Virus record (IMG/VR): IMGVR_UViG_2889849113_000003
Coordinates: 3,716-67,715 of that record
From: a virus
Length of the DNA: 64,000 bases
Strand: one strand, 5' to 3'
The position numbers and the translations under genes were made by a program. The notes under the pieces are model-generated. The model saw only the letters and a list, made by a program, of their open reading frames with translations. It made no database searches and had not been told where the DNA came from. Of this stretch, positions 35,892 to 44,383 are shown one piece after another (the stretch's first letter is position 1; each line of letters opens with the position of its first letter).

Positions 35892-37202
35892 TCAAGCCTC
35901 GCCGGCCACGCGCCGGATGACCGTCGGCAGCTTCGCCGGGTCCTCGATGTTCACGGGGATCGGTGGCAGCCAGTTCAGCTTGAAGCGCCGCGGCCCGGTT
36001 CTCGGGCCGGTCCAGACGCCGTGCCAGTGCGCCGCTCGCACGTGTGGTCGCATCGGCGCCCGGCTGCCGTCGATGGTGATTTCAGGCTCGCGGCGCGCTG
36101 CATGCGCTGCCCGGATCGCGCCACCGATGCGCACCGCCACGTCCCACTCGCGCGGCTTCTGTGGCGGAAAGAGGCGCGGCCCCCGCTTGGTCTTCACCGG
36201 CTCCGGCCGCTGCGGCATCTCGCCGCCCAAGTCCGGCGCGTCGGTGCACAGGTACAACGTGAGCGACAGGATCGGCATGACCTGGCGCATGACGCGCGCC
36301 AGCGCCTCGGGCGGCAGGGTGTAGCCGGGGTCCAACTGGCGCACCGCGCGCTCGACGCACTCCGGCAACGACCACGGGCCCAGCGCGATGGCGACCGAGT
36401 CCAGGGTGTCGCGGGCCAGGAACGTGATGAGCAGGTGGGGATGGGTGTCGGGCTGCCCCGGCGCATGGCCTGGATCGAGGCCGACGAAAGCGCCCGTGAG
36501 CGGGTCCGGCGCACCCTGGCCGACATCCATGCCCGGCGTCTCGATGAAGACGCACCACTCCGGCAGCCGGGTCAGCACGTTGTGCGGGATGTCGCCCCTG
36601 ACCTCGGTGTCGATGAGCGCCCGGTACACGTCGGGGTCGAAGCGGTAGACGCCCTGCGACGGCCGCCAGGCGCCCAGCAGCGTCAGCATCGTGGCCTGGT
36701 TGACGGCATCCGCCGCGCTGATGCCGCGAGCGCGCAACTCGGCTTCGATCTCGTGCAGCACGAGATGCGACGGGATGAAGCACCACGCGGGCCAGATGGC
36801 CTCGCGCGTGGTCTTCGGGATCTCGCCGCGGCGCGCGCGCACCACGTCGAGCCGCCTCCACAGGTCCGGGTGCGCCATCTCCACGCCCTTGAGCGCGGCG
36901 CGGGCCTGCATCGCCGCGGCGATGGCCGGGCGGCCAATGTCGCTGCGCACCTCCAGGCCGATCGCCTCGCACACCGCATCCGGCGCACCGCCGGCCTCGC
37001 GGTGCAGGCGATACCAGCGCTCCATCACGTCGCCGGCATCAACCTGCGCGAGGTCAAGGCCGTTGCCTTGCGCGAATGCCTGCAGCGGCGCGACGTTGAA
37101 GCTGATGTCCAAGCTCACCGGGTCGCGCTTGATCGCGAGGTCTGCGAAGCGAAGGCCGGGCACGAGGCGAAGCCGGGAAAGGGGGTCGGGGGCGAAGGGC
37201 AT
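35892..37202 (-). CDS. AcrVA2-family anti-CRISPR-like protein with N-terminal extension
   Basis: WPAWCFIP, WRPSQGVYRFDPD, LPEWCVFIETPG, LYLC, KTKRGPRLFP, RPHVRAAHWHGVWTG, WLPP; family recognised from memory. Confidence 0.75.
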   Translation of the reverse strand: MPFAPDPLSRLRLVPGLRFADLAIKRDPVSLDISFNVAPLQAFAQGNGLDLAQVDAGDVMERWYRLHREAGGAPDAVCEAIGLEVRSDIGRPAIAAAMQARAALKGVEMAHPDLWRRLDVVRARRGEIPKTTREAIWPAWCFIPSHLVLHEIEAELRARGISAADAVNQATMLTLLGAWRPSQGVYRFDPDVYRALIDTEVRGDIPHNVLTRLPEWCVFIETPGMDVGQGAPDPLTGAFVGLDPGHAPGQPDTHPHLLITFLARDTLDSVAIALGPWSLPECVERAVRQLDPGYTLPPEALARVMRQVMPILSLTLYLCTDAPDLGGEMPQRPEPVKTKRGPRLFPPQKPREWDVAVRIGGAIRAAHAARREPEITIDGSRAPMRPHVRAAHWHGVWTGPRTGPRRFKLNWLPPIPVNIEDPAKLPTVIRRVAGEA

Positions 37203-37207
37203 GAGCG

Positions 37208-37717
37208 TTAAGAGTCGGCGTTTCCGCCGGAGAGGGCGGCAGCGCCAGCCTCGGCCGCCTCCAGCGCTGCCTTGACATTCATGGCGACATCCATCACGTC
37301 CTCCACCACTTCGGCGGCGGTCCATCGCTTCTGTTCCATCGGCGTGAAGCCGGTCACCGGCTCAAGGCCGCGATCCTCGCGCCAATCGTTGAAGTGTTCG
37401 AGCAGTGCACGTCGGAAGTCGTCTATGCGCTCCTGCCACTCCGGCGACAGCGGCGGCAGGTCCACAACATCAGTGCAGTGGCCGTAGTCCCAGCCCCACC
37501 AGTACCAGCCGGCAGGGCGCATCATGCCCTCGCCCTCGCCCTCAAACGTGATGCCCCAATGGCACCTGAAGTCCAGATCAGTGCCGGCGGCCCAGTGGTC
37601 GAGCGGGACGCCAATGTAGGCCAGCAGCGACATCGGGCCACGCAGCACCAGGGCGCGGAGCGGCGTGCCGGCGATGGGGAAGTCCGCGAGCGGAGGTTGA
37701 GGGGTGAAAAATTCCAT
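37208..37717 (-). CDS. Phage hypothetical protein
   Basis: YIGVP...HWGITF...WWGWDYGH. Confidence 0.7.
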   Translation of the reverse strand: MEFFTPQPPLADFPIAGTPLRALVLRGPMSLLAYIGVPLDHWAAGTDLDFRCHWGITFEGEGEGMMRPAGWYWWGWDYGHCTDVVDLPPLSPEWQERIDDFRRALLEHFNDWREDRGLEPVTGFTPMEQKRWTAAEVVEDVMDVAMNVKAALEAAEAGAAALSGGNADS

Positions 37718-37791
37718 GGGTCGGGGCGCGCGTTGCGCTGGAAGAGGTCGGCCCGGCGGGCGGCCGGGCCAGGGGTTGCACGGGAAGGGGC

Positions 37792-38289
37792 TCAGCGCCC
37801 CGCGCTCTTGGCCCACTGGCCGTGGCGCTCGACCTTGAACGCCCAGCCGGTGCTGTAGGAGCACTCGATGCCCGCGGCCAGGACGCCATCGACCCAGACG
37901 TTCGCGCTGCCGCCGTCGCCGTCGCCGGCCCACCGCATTTCCTGCTGCGCCGCCCGAATCGCCTCCTCAACGCTGGCGGCCGGTTTCGAGACGGCGCCGC
38001 AGGTCCACCGCACGCCCTTCACGCGCTCGGCCTCCTTGCGCTTTTGCAAGTGGGCCGTGGCGTTGTCCAGCGAGCGGAAGGACACGACGCCATCGGGCGG
38101 GTACGGGCCGCCCTGGTCGCGCGGATCGCCGGTGTAGCGGGTCTGCGTGTCGTCGCGCCCGGTGATGTCCGTGACCGTGCGCCGCATCACGCCATCGGCG
38201 CGCCGCTCCACGAGGATGATGCGATCGCCGCTGCTGAAGGTGCCGGGGTTCTCCTTGATGCCGCCGACGGGCTGCCAGGTGTCTTGCAT
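37792..38289 (-). CDS. Hypothetical protein
   Basis: AGGAG RBS, cassette context. Confidence 0.65.
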   Translation of the reverse strand: MQDTWQPVGGIKENPGTFSSGDRIILVERRADGVMRRTVTDITGRDDTQTRYTGDPRDQGGPYPPDGVVSFRSLDNATAHLQKRKEAERVKGVRWTCGAVSKPAASVEEAIRAAQQEMRWAGDGDGGSANVWVDGVLAAGIECSYSTGWAFKVERHGQWAKSAGR

Positions 38290-38353
38290 GGTGAATCTCC
38301 TGCGAAGTTGCAACGATGCCGGCGGCGCGGACCGCCGGTGAAAGGCGGAAGGG

Positions 38354-38623
38354 TCAGGCCTCTTGCGCCTCGAGCGCCGCCCGCGCTTCGCGCTGCATGC
38401 GGTCCCACTCGCCATTGCCCTCGTGCACGTCGCGCAGCCAGGCCAGGCCCACGGCCGAGATGCGCTCGATGGCATCGGTGGACAGTTCGCAGTTGCAGCC
38501 GTTGCTTGCGTAGCGGTCGATGCTGTCCGTGTCGTGCAGCGCGGCTTCGACGGCGGCGCGGTCCTTGAGCATGTCGCCGGTCTGCTCGATGTAGCCGGAC
38601 AGGATGTTGAAGAGGTCGGGCAT
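38354..38623 (-). CDS. Small acidic protein, anti-defence candidate
   Basis: 89 aa, acidic, RBS. Confidence 0.65.
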   Translation of the reverse strand: MPDLFNILSGYIEQTGDMLKDRAAVEAALHDTDSIDRYASNGCNCELSTDAIERISAVGLAWLRDVHEGNGEWDRMQREARAALEAQEA

Positions 38624-38706
38624 AGGGGCTCCTGGGAAGTGCGGGAAAGGGTCTGCCTGTGCGGCAGTCAAGGCGCACCACGCTGGCGCAGCGCGCCGGG
38701 TGTGCG

Positions 38707-39231
38707 TCAGCCGCGGCGCACCGCGTACTCGTAGGAGCGGCCCGCCTTGTCCATGAGCCAGCCCAGCTGCGTGCCGCTGTAGATCGTCTCGTCGCCGTCG
38801 CGCTCCTCGTCCGTGAGCGTCAGACCCTCCACGGTCACGATGTCGTCGCGGTCGAATGTGGCGCTGGCGCGGCCCTCCTCGGCCACGATGGCGGCCTCCA
38901 TATCGGAGCCGTCGGGCTCGCAGGCGATCAGCAGCCCGGTGCTCTTGAGGCAGGCAATCGTGTAGGTCGGCGCAGCGTTGGGAAACGCCTTGTCGAGTTC
39001 GCGATCCCACAGCGATTGCACGAAGTCCCGCACGCCGAAGCCGTCATCCCAGCCGCTGTCGCCATCCACGAACAGTTGGTCATTGCTGAGGCGGTTGTCA
39101 GCTCGCGCGGACACCTCGGCGTCCGGGAACTGCTCGCGCAGCCGCTTTGCCACGTAGGCCGCCCAGGTGGCTGCATCGGCTTCGGTGGCGTTGCCCATGG
39201 TCTGTGCGGTGGCGATGAATTCGATCTTCAT
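38707..39231 (-). CDS. Acidic protein, anti-defence candidate
   Basis: First gene after promoter 39307-39335. Confidence 0.65.
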   Translation of the reverse strand: MKIEFIATAQTMGNATEADAATWAAYVAKRLREQFPDAEVSARADNRLSNDQLFVDGDSGWDDGFGVRDFVQSLWDRELDKAFPNAAPTYTIACLKSTGLLIACEPDGSDMEAAIVAEEGRASATFDRDDIVTVEGLTLTDEERDGDETIYSGTQLGWLMDKAGRSYEYAVRRG

Positions 39232-39306
39232 GGCTGGTTTCCTGGGAAGCGTGCCGCGCGCTGCGGCGGGTTTGTCGGGGATCAATCGCGGTGAGGCGAT
39301 GGATGA

Positions 39307-39335
39307 ATATTAGGCGAATGGCATGAAAACCACAA
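39307..39335 (-). promoter_or_regulatory. Sigma70-like promoter with CATGCC-N3-CGCC spacer
   Basis: TTGTGG-17-TAATAT. Confidence 0.7.
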
Positions 39336-39349
39336 GCCCCTAGATTCAT

Positions 39350-39889
39350 TCATTCGGATGACTTCACAACCAATCGCAACGACGGGTGCTCCCCCAGCCG
39401 CAGCAGCAGCAGCTCATGCGCCGCCGGCTGCGGTCGCTGCGCCGACACGCCGCCGCTGCGCCGGTAGCGGCTGAAGGTGTTGGGGTCGGCAATGCGCATG
39501 AGCCGCGCGCCCTGGGCGTTGCTCAGGCCGTGCGCCTGCGCCAGCGCCTCGATGGCGGCGCCGTCACAGGGAGGCAGCGCCGGCAGGTCGCGCTCCGGGT
39601 GCGGCTCGGTGCGCGTCTCGTCGCGCCAGGCCAGCCGCAGCGTCGGGTGCCGGTCCAGGCGCAGCAGCAGCATCTCCAGAGTCGCCGCGGGGATCGCGCG
39701 CAGGCCGGTGCGGTAGCGCGTGAAGCTGACAGAGTCGAGCAGCCGCACCAGCGCCGCAGCACCCGCGTCTGTCAGGTTGTGCTGGCGCGCCAGGCGCTCG
39801 ACGGCTTCCGGCGTGCCCGGCGGCAGTTCGGGGATGTCGTCGGCGCGCGGGCGCGCGGGGGCTTGTAGGGCAGGCATTCGTGTTTCCAC
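39350..39889 (-). CDS. Tandem double-HTH protein, Aca-like regulator candidate
   Basis: Internal duplication: two LA..H.L..A..A.L......F.RYR...LLLLRL..HP.LRL halves. Confidence 0.7.
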   Translation of the reverse strand: METRMPALQAPARPRADDIPELPPGTPEAVERLARQHNLTDAGAAALVRLLDSVSFTRYRTGLRAIPAATLEMLLLRLDRHPTLRLAWRDETRTEPHPERDLPALPPCDGAAIEALAQAHGLSNAQGARLMRIADPNTFSRYRRSGGVSAQRPQPAAHELLLLRLGEHPSLRLVVKSSE

Positions 39890-39968
39890 TGCAAGGGGTG
39901 GGCGCAGTATGTCGCCAAGCGCCTAAATGCGGAAGGGGGGTGCGGAAAGGTCGGGAAGGGGTCGGGCT

Positions 39969-40457
39969 TCAGGCACCCACAGCCTCGGCCACGGCATCCG
40001 CGGCACGCTCGCACAGCAGCTGGTGCTGCTCGCCCGGCGTCAGGTCCAGCGGCGCATGCCACGCCTCGCGCAGGATCAGTGCGCGCCCGTCGCGCCGCCG
40101 TCCGGCGACGGTCAGCAGTGCCCGGGCCGGGTCGTAGTGGGCGGCGTAGATTTCGGCGCGGCCGTCGTCCAGCGCCAGAGCGCGGGCATCGGCAGTGATG
40201 TCGAGCACACCGGCGCGGCGCAATGCGGCCTGCATGGCGCGGCGGCAGGCGCGCGCGGTTTCGAGCAGCAGCCGCCGCAGTTCCGCGGGCAGCGTGCCGG
40301 CGGCGCGCCGGGCCTGGGCCGCGGCCTGCAGCACCTCGCGGCGCTCGCGCGCCAGGTCGGGCATGAGGATTTCAAGCACGTTGGCGCGCGTGCGCGGGTC
40401 GTGGAAGGGCGCGGCGTGGCAGGCGTCGGCGTACCAGGCGAGGTGTCCGATGAGCAT
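39969..40457 (-). CDS. Hypothetical protein, paralog of 42752-43105
   Basis: LDIT...AAHYD....L.V.GR...W.PLD. Confidence 0.65.
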   Translation of the reverse strand: MLIGHLAWYADACHAAPFHDPRTRANVLEILMPDLARERREVLQAAAQARRAAGTLPAELRRLLLETARACRRAMQAALRRAGVLDITADARALALDDGRAEIYAAHYDPARALLTVAGRRRDGRALILREAWHAPLDLTPGEQHQLLCERAADAVAEAVGA

Positions 40458-40487
40458 GGCGGGGATCCTGTAAGCGGCGGAAGGGGG

Positions 40488-41147
40488 TCAGGCGTCCATG
40501 GCCGCAGCCATGTCATGCAGCCGCTCGGCCAGGTCTGCGGCGACTTGTCCGAGGTCGTCGTCGCCTGCGTTCAGCAGGCGCTTTTCTGCCTGCTCGCACA
40601 GCGCTAGGTGCAGCGCGCCCATGCCACCCAGGCCCACGGGCGGGCGGTACGTCCAGTACATGCCGTACACCTCCCAAACCTCGATGACGGACCCCGACCA
40701 CTGAATGGCATAGAGGGGGTCGCCGTCGGCGCCATTCATTGCCCTGATGGGCTCAATCGCGGCCAAGAACTGGGCTTTGCTGAAGCCCTCGGGTGCTTGC
40801 ACCTCGGCAACGCGGCAGCCGCAGGCGTGCATGGTGCTGGTGTTCGGGTCGAAGAACACCGCGGCCGGCGCATCGAAATAGTCATAGCTGGAGCGCTCGG
40901 TGCGGACCGTGGTGCGGCGCGCATCGCCGCCCATGAGCAGCGTGCGCACATCCTGGGTGATGTCGATGAGTTGGGCCGGCGTCGGGCTGGATTCCCCGGG
41001 AGGGGTGAAGGCCAGCGCCTGGGCAACGCCTTCTTTCCATGCTTGCGCCGTGCGTTCACCGATCCGGTACAGGCATTGCCCGGCGCGGTGGAAGTCCCAG
41101 GCGGTTTTCAGGCTGGCGCGCTGGGCTTCGGTGAGGGTGGGTTGCAT
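40488..41147 (-). CDS. Hypothetical protein
   Basis: 219 aa, RBS, cassette. Confidence 0.65.
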   Translation of the reverse strand: MQPTLTEAQRASLKTAWDFHRAGQCLYRIGERTAQAWKEGVAQALAFTPPGESSPTPAQLIDITQDVRTLLMGGDARRTTVRTERSSYDYFDAPAAVFFDPNTSTMHACGCRVAEVQAPEGFSKAQFLAAIEPIRAMNGADGDPLYAIQWSGSVIEVWEVYGMYWTYRPPVGLGGMGALHLALCEQAEKRLLNAGDDDLGQVAADLAERLHDMAAAMDA

Positions 41148-41198
41148 GATCGGGGCTCCTGAATGCGTCAGAGGGGGTGCGGATTGCGATGGAAGGGG

Positions 41199-41642
41199 TC
41201 AAACGTTGCGCGCGCTGGCGATGGCCGCATCAATGCCCGTCATGTCATAGCCGCCCTTGCGCAGCGTGCGATGCGCGCGCTGAAGCTCCGCGCGCAGCGT
41301 CTCGACCTGGCCGCACGGTTCGGCGGGCTCGGGCGTCGCTGCCGGCGCGGGCTCGAAGTGCGCCATGAGCGCCGGCACGCAGCGCCAGCCGCGATAGGCA
41401 CCACTGCTGGTCATGCTGCCGTCCGGGTCAACCGCCAGCGAGCCCCAGCCATCGGCGCGGGGCAGGCCTTCGGGCCAAATGCACATCAGGCCCGGGCAGT
41501 TGGCGTGCTCGGCAACGATGAACACCATGCCGGCCGGGAAGGTGGCCGCGTTGCGGGTCCAGTCGTTGCGCGCGCGGCGGTCGTGCGCCGGGTTTGGCAC
41601 GTCGGCGGTGAGGTGGAAGCGACCAGGGATGAGGGTTTGCAT
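41199..41642 (-). CDS. Hypothetical protein
   Basis: Start MQTLIPG, RBS. Confidence 0.6.
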   Translation of the reverse strand: MQTLIPGRFHLTADVPNPAHDRRARNDWTRNAATFPAGMVFIVAEHANCPGLMCIWPEGLPRADGWGSLAVDPDGSMTSSGAYRGWRCVPALMAHFEPAPAATPEPAEPCGQVETLRAELQRAHRTLRKGGYDMTGIDAAIASARNV

Positions 41643-41676
41643 GTCGGGTTCTCCTGTCAAAGGCGCGAAAGGGGTC

Positions 41677-42075
41677 TCAGCACTGCGCCGCGCGCGGCAC
41701 CTTGATGTGGTCGGGGATGGTCCAGCTACCCAGGGCGAACGTGAGCAGCGCATGCGCGGCCTGCGCACGCCGCACACACACGCAGCCCCAGGCCGTGGCG
41801 TCGCGCGAGTCGGCATCAACCCACGCGCAGTGCGCCGCCACCAGCGCGGCATGCCGCTTGGTCCAGCCGCGCCGCGTCTTCGCGCGCTCAACGGTGGGCT
41901 GGCGCAGGCCGCGGGGCTCGGCGAGGTAAGCCAGCGCCTGGCGGGTGAATTCGTTGCAGTCCTCGGCAATCTGCAGAGCGCGCGCGGTGTCCTCGCTGGT
42001 GCGCCGGGCTTCGCCTTGCGCATCGGTCTGCCGGCGGATCAGGGCATTGCCCCGGTGTTCTGCTGCTGCGCCCAT
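41677..42075 (-). CDS. Hypothetical protein
   Basis: Start MGAAAEH, RBS. Confidence 0.55.
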   Translation of the reverse strand: MGAAAEHRGNALIRRQTDAQGEARRTSEDTARALQIAEDCNEFTRQALAYLAEPRGLRQPTVERAKTRRGWTKRHAALVAAHCAWVDADSRDATAWGCVCVRRAQAAHALLTFALGSWTIPDHIKVPRAAQC

Positions 42076-42109
42076 GGTGCTGGCTCCTGTTGTTAAGCGC
42101 CGGAAGGGG

Positions 42110-42541
42110 TTAGGCGATAGCCAGGCCGGCAGCAGCCCGCGCGAGGCGGTGCCGGTAGAAGCGAAAGGGCGCGCCCGCCACCAGCACATCGCCCAGCGCC
42201 CAAGCCGTGGCCAGCGCATCGGAAAGCCCGGCCTCTCGTTGGCACGCGACCCTGAATTCCATCGAGATCTCCACGCCGCCGTCGATGGCCTTGACCTGAA
42301 TCCCCGGCGGCGGGGACTCGACCGCGAGGCCCGCGGGCGTGGCCACGGTGCAGCGCAGTTCCCCGCTCGTCAGCGTCCAGCCCGTGGCGGGCTCGTAGAA
42401 CGATGCGTGGACGTTCTCGTGCGGGGCGGCCTGCTTCCACAGTGGCAGCTCGTGGATTGCGCCGCTGATGCGGTCGGCGTACTTGAGGGCGAAGGCGGCG
42501 CAGTAGCCTTCGCGGCACAGATCGGCGAGTGTGATTTCCAT
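42110..42541 (-). CDS. Hypothetical protein
   Basis: 143 aa, RBS. Confidence 0.6.
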   Translation of the reverse strand: MEITLADLCREGYCAAFALKYADRISGAIHELPLWKQAAPHENVHASFYEPATGWTLTSGELRCTVATPAGLAVESPPPGIQVKAIDGGVEISMEFRVACQREAGLSDALATAWALGDVLVAGAPFRFYRHRLARAAAGLAIA

Positions 42542-42568
42542 GGCGTTCTCCTGAAGCGGAAGGGGATG

Positions 42569-42751
42569 TCAATCGGCCAGCGCTTGCGCTGCGTCCGAGA
42601 GGTCGTCGGAGTCGTGCGGCTCGATGTCCTTCGTGCCACAGGCTGGGCATTCGTCGTTGCACATGCAGTCCCATTCGTCGGACCACTCCACGCCCGGCTC
42701 CTCCGGGCATTCGTCGTGGCGGTAGTGGTTGCGAAACCAGGGGTTGCTCAT
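42569..42751 (-). CDS. Small acidic Cys/Trp zinc-binding protein
   Basis: FRNHYRH..C...W.DEWDCMCNDECPACG; own RBS. Confidence 0.7.
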   Translation of the reverse strand: MSNPWFRNHYRHDECPEEPGVEWSDEWDCMCNDECPACGTKDIEPHDSDDLSDAAQALAD

Positions 42752-43105
42752 GGCGGGCTCCTGTGAAACGGCGGGAAGGGGACAGAACTCCGTGACGGCC
42801 TCGGCCACGGCCTGCGCCGCGAACTCGGCCAGCGCGATTGCCTGGTCGCCGAATCCCATGTCCAGCGGCAGCCAGTAGGCCGCGCGCACCTCCAGCGGTT
42901 GCCCGTCAGGCTTGCGCCCGGTCACGGCCAGCAGGCCGGCGGCTGCGTCGTAGTGCGCCGCCTCGATCTTGATGTCCTCCACGGGCGTGACATCGCCGAA
43001 AGCTGCCGCGTGCCATTCCAGCGCGCGGCGCACGTCATCAGTGATGTCCAGTGGCGCATGGCCTGCGTAGTGGGCAGCTTGGGATTGCGGGGCGGTGGTG
43101 TGCAT
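42752..43105 (-). CDS. Hypothetical protein reading through in frame into the next gene
   Basis: TGT at 42782-42784 where sibling cassettes have TGA. Confidence 0.6.
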
Positions 43106-43135
43106 GGTGGCTTCTGTCAAAAGCGGTGAAGGGGG

Positions 43136-43555
43136 TCAGAACAACGCGGCCGGTGCATCGGCCTGCGCCAGCGCGGCGCGGTACGCGCGCACCGCCGCAG
43201 CGTTGACGCCCGGGGCGATGCGGGCGACAGCATCGGCCGCGTGGCCGCGCAGTTCGGTGAAGTAGCCGACGACTTCGCCGGCTGGCGTGCGTCCGTAGTC
43301 CTGTGTCATGGCTTCGAGCCGGGAGTAAACGCGGCCGTCGGCACTGCGGATCGCCGATACGCGCCAAGCCCAGACGGTGGCCGGCAGGTCATAGGTCTTC
43401 TGGTCGTAGCCGCGCACCTTCGTTTTGCGCGGCAGGATCTCGGACGACACGGCGCGTTCGCCCTCGCGCAGCGGCACGGGGGCGCTTGCGCGGTAGGGCA
43501 TGGGAGCGACGAGCGGGCCGAGGTTCACGGTGAAGGCTTCGCCGGTGGCGGTCAT
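43136..43555 (-). CDS. Hypothetical protein
   Basis: 139 aa, RBS. Confidence 0.6.
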   Translation of the reverse strand: MTATGEAFTVNLGPLVAPMPYRASAPVPLREGERAVSSEILPRKTKVRGYDQKTYDLPATVWAWRVSAIRSADGRVYSRLEAMTQDYGRTPAGEVVGYFTELRGHAADAVARIAPGVNAAAVRAYRAALAQADAPAALF

Positions 43556-43596
43556 GGTGGGGGCTCCTGTGTCAAAGGCGGGGAAGGGGGCGAGGC

Positions 43597-43950
43597 TCAG
43601 AACCCGTGCGCGGCCAGCATCTCGCGCGGCGTGGCGTCAACGAAGCCCAGCGCCAGCAGCACGTCACACATGGCTTGCGGCGTCACGTCCCGGCCGTCCA
43701 TCTCGGCCACCGCCGCGAGGAGGTCCGGGCACTGCGCCAGCGCCGCCCAGGAATCGTGGAAGACGCGCAGGCACGGCGCCGGGCCGCGGTCGAGCTTTCG
43801 CCACTGCAGGACGATTTCCCCGGACCCCTTCGGGGTGCGCACGGTCAGCGTGATCTCGTCGTGAATGCGGGCCTCGGCGCGCACGTGGTGCGCATACCAG
43901 GCGGCACCGAGGTGCGAAAACTGGCGCGCGGGCTTGGCGGTCTTGTCCAT
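43597..43950 (-). CDS. Phage/plasmid hypothetical protein
   Basis: LRVFHDSWAAL...LLALGFVDATPRE. Confidence 0.7.
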   Translation of the reverse strand: MDKTAKPARQFSHLGAAWYAHHVRAEARIHDEITLTVRTPKGSGEIVLQWRKLDRGPAPCLRVFHDSWAALAQCPDLLAAVAEMDGRDVTPQAMCDVLLALGFVDATPREMLAAHGF

Positions 43951-43990
43951 GGTCTAGGGCTCCTGTCAAAGCGGCGGAAGGGGGTACGGG

Positions 43991-44383
43991 TCAGGCGTTG
44001 CCCTGGGCCCGGGCGACGCGGTCGAAGATGGCGCGCACGTGCGGCGGCATGTCTTCGGGCCCGATCAAGTCGCCGTCCGGGTCCATGAAAAGCGCGTCGT
44101 CGCCGATGGGGTCGAATTCGCACCCGTAGCCGGTGCCGTGCAGCGCGGCGTGCATCTGCGCGCACCAGGCGGCGCGCTGCTCGGGCGTGGGGTCATCGCC
44201 ACATGCGGTGATGGCGGCATCCCGGCGCGTGGCGCGGACATGGGCCACGGCGCGGCAGTTGAGGCAGGCGCCGCAGCCGCAGGCCTCGGCGGAAACCTCG
44301 GCTTGCCAGAAGTCGGCGACGGTGGGCAGGGTCACGGCCTGGCCGTCGTGGCGGAAAACCGCGTAGGGGGTCGAGTCGGGCAT
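43991..44383 (-). CDS. Hypothetical protein with CGCGACLNC motif
   Basis: Own AGGAG RBS; in frame with large upstream ORF. Confidence 0.6.
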   Translation of the reverse strand: MPDSTPYAVFRHDGQAVTLPTVADFWQAEVSAEACGCGACLNCRAVAHVRATRRDAAITACGDDPTPEQRAAWCAQMHAALHGTGYGCEFDPIGDDALFMDPDGDLIGPEDMPPHVRAIFDRVARAQGNA

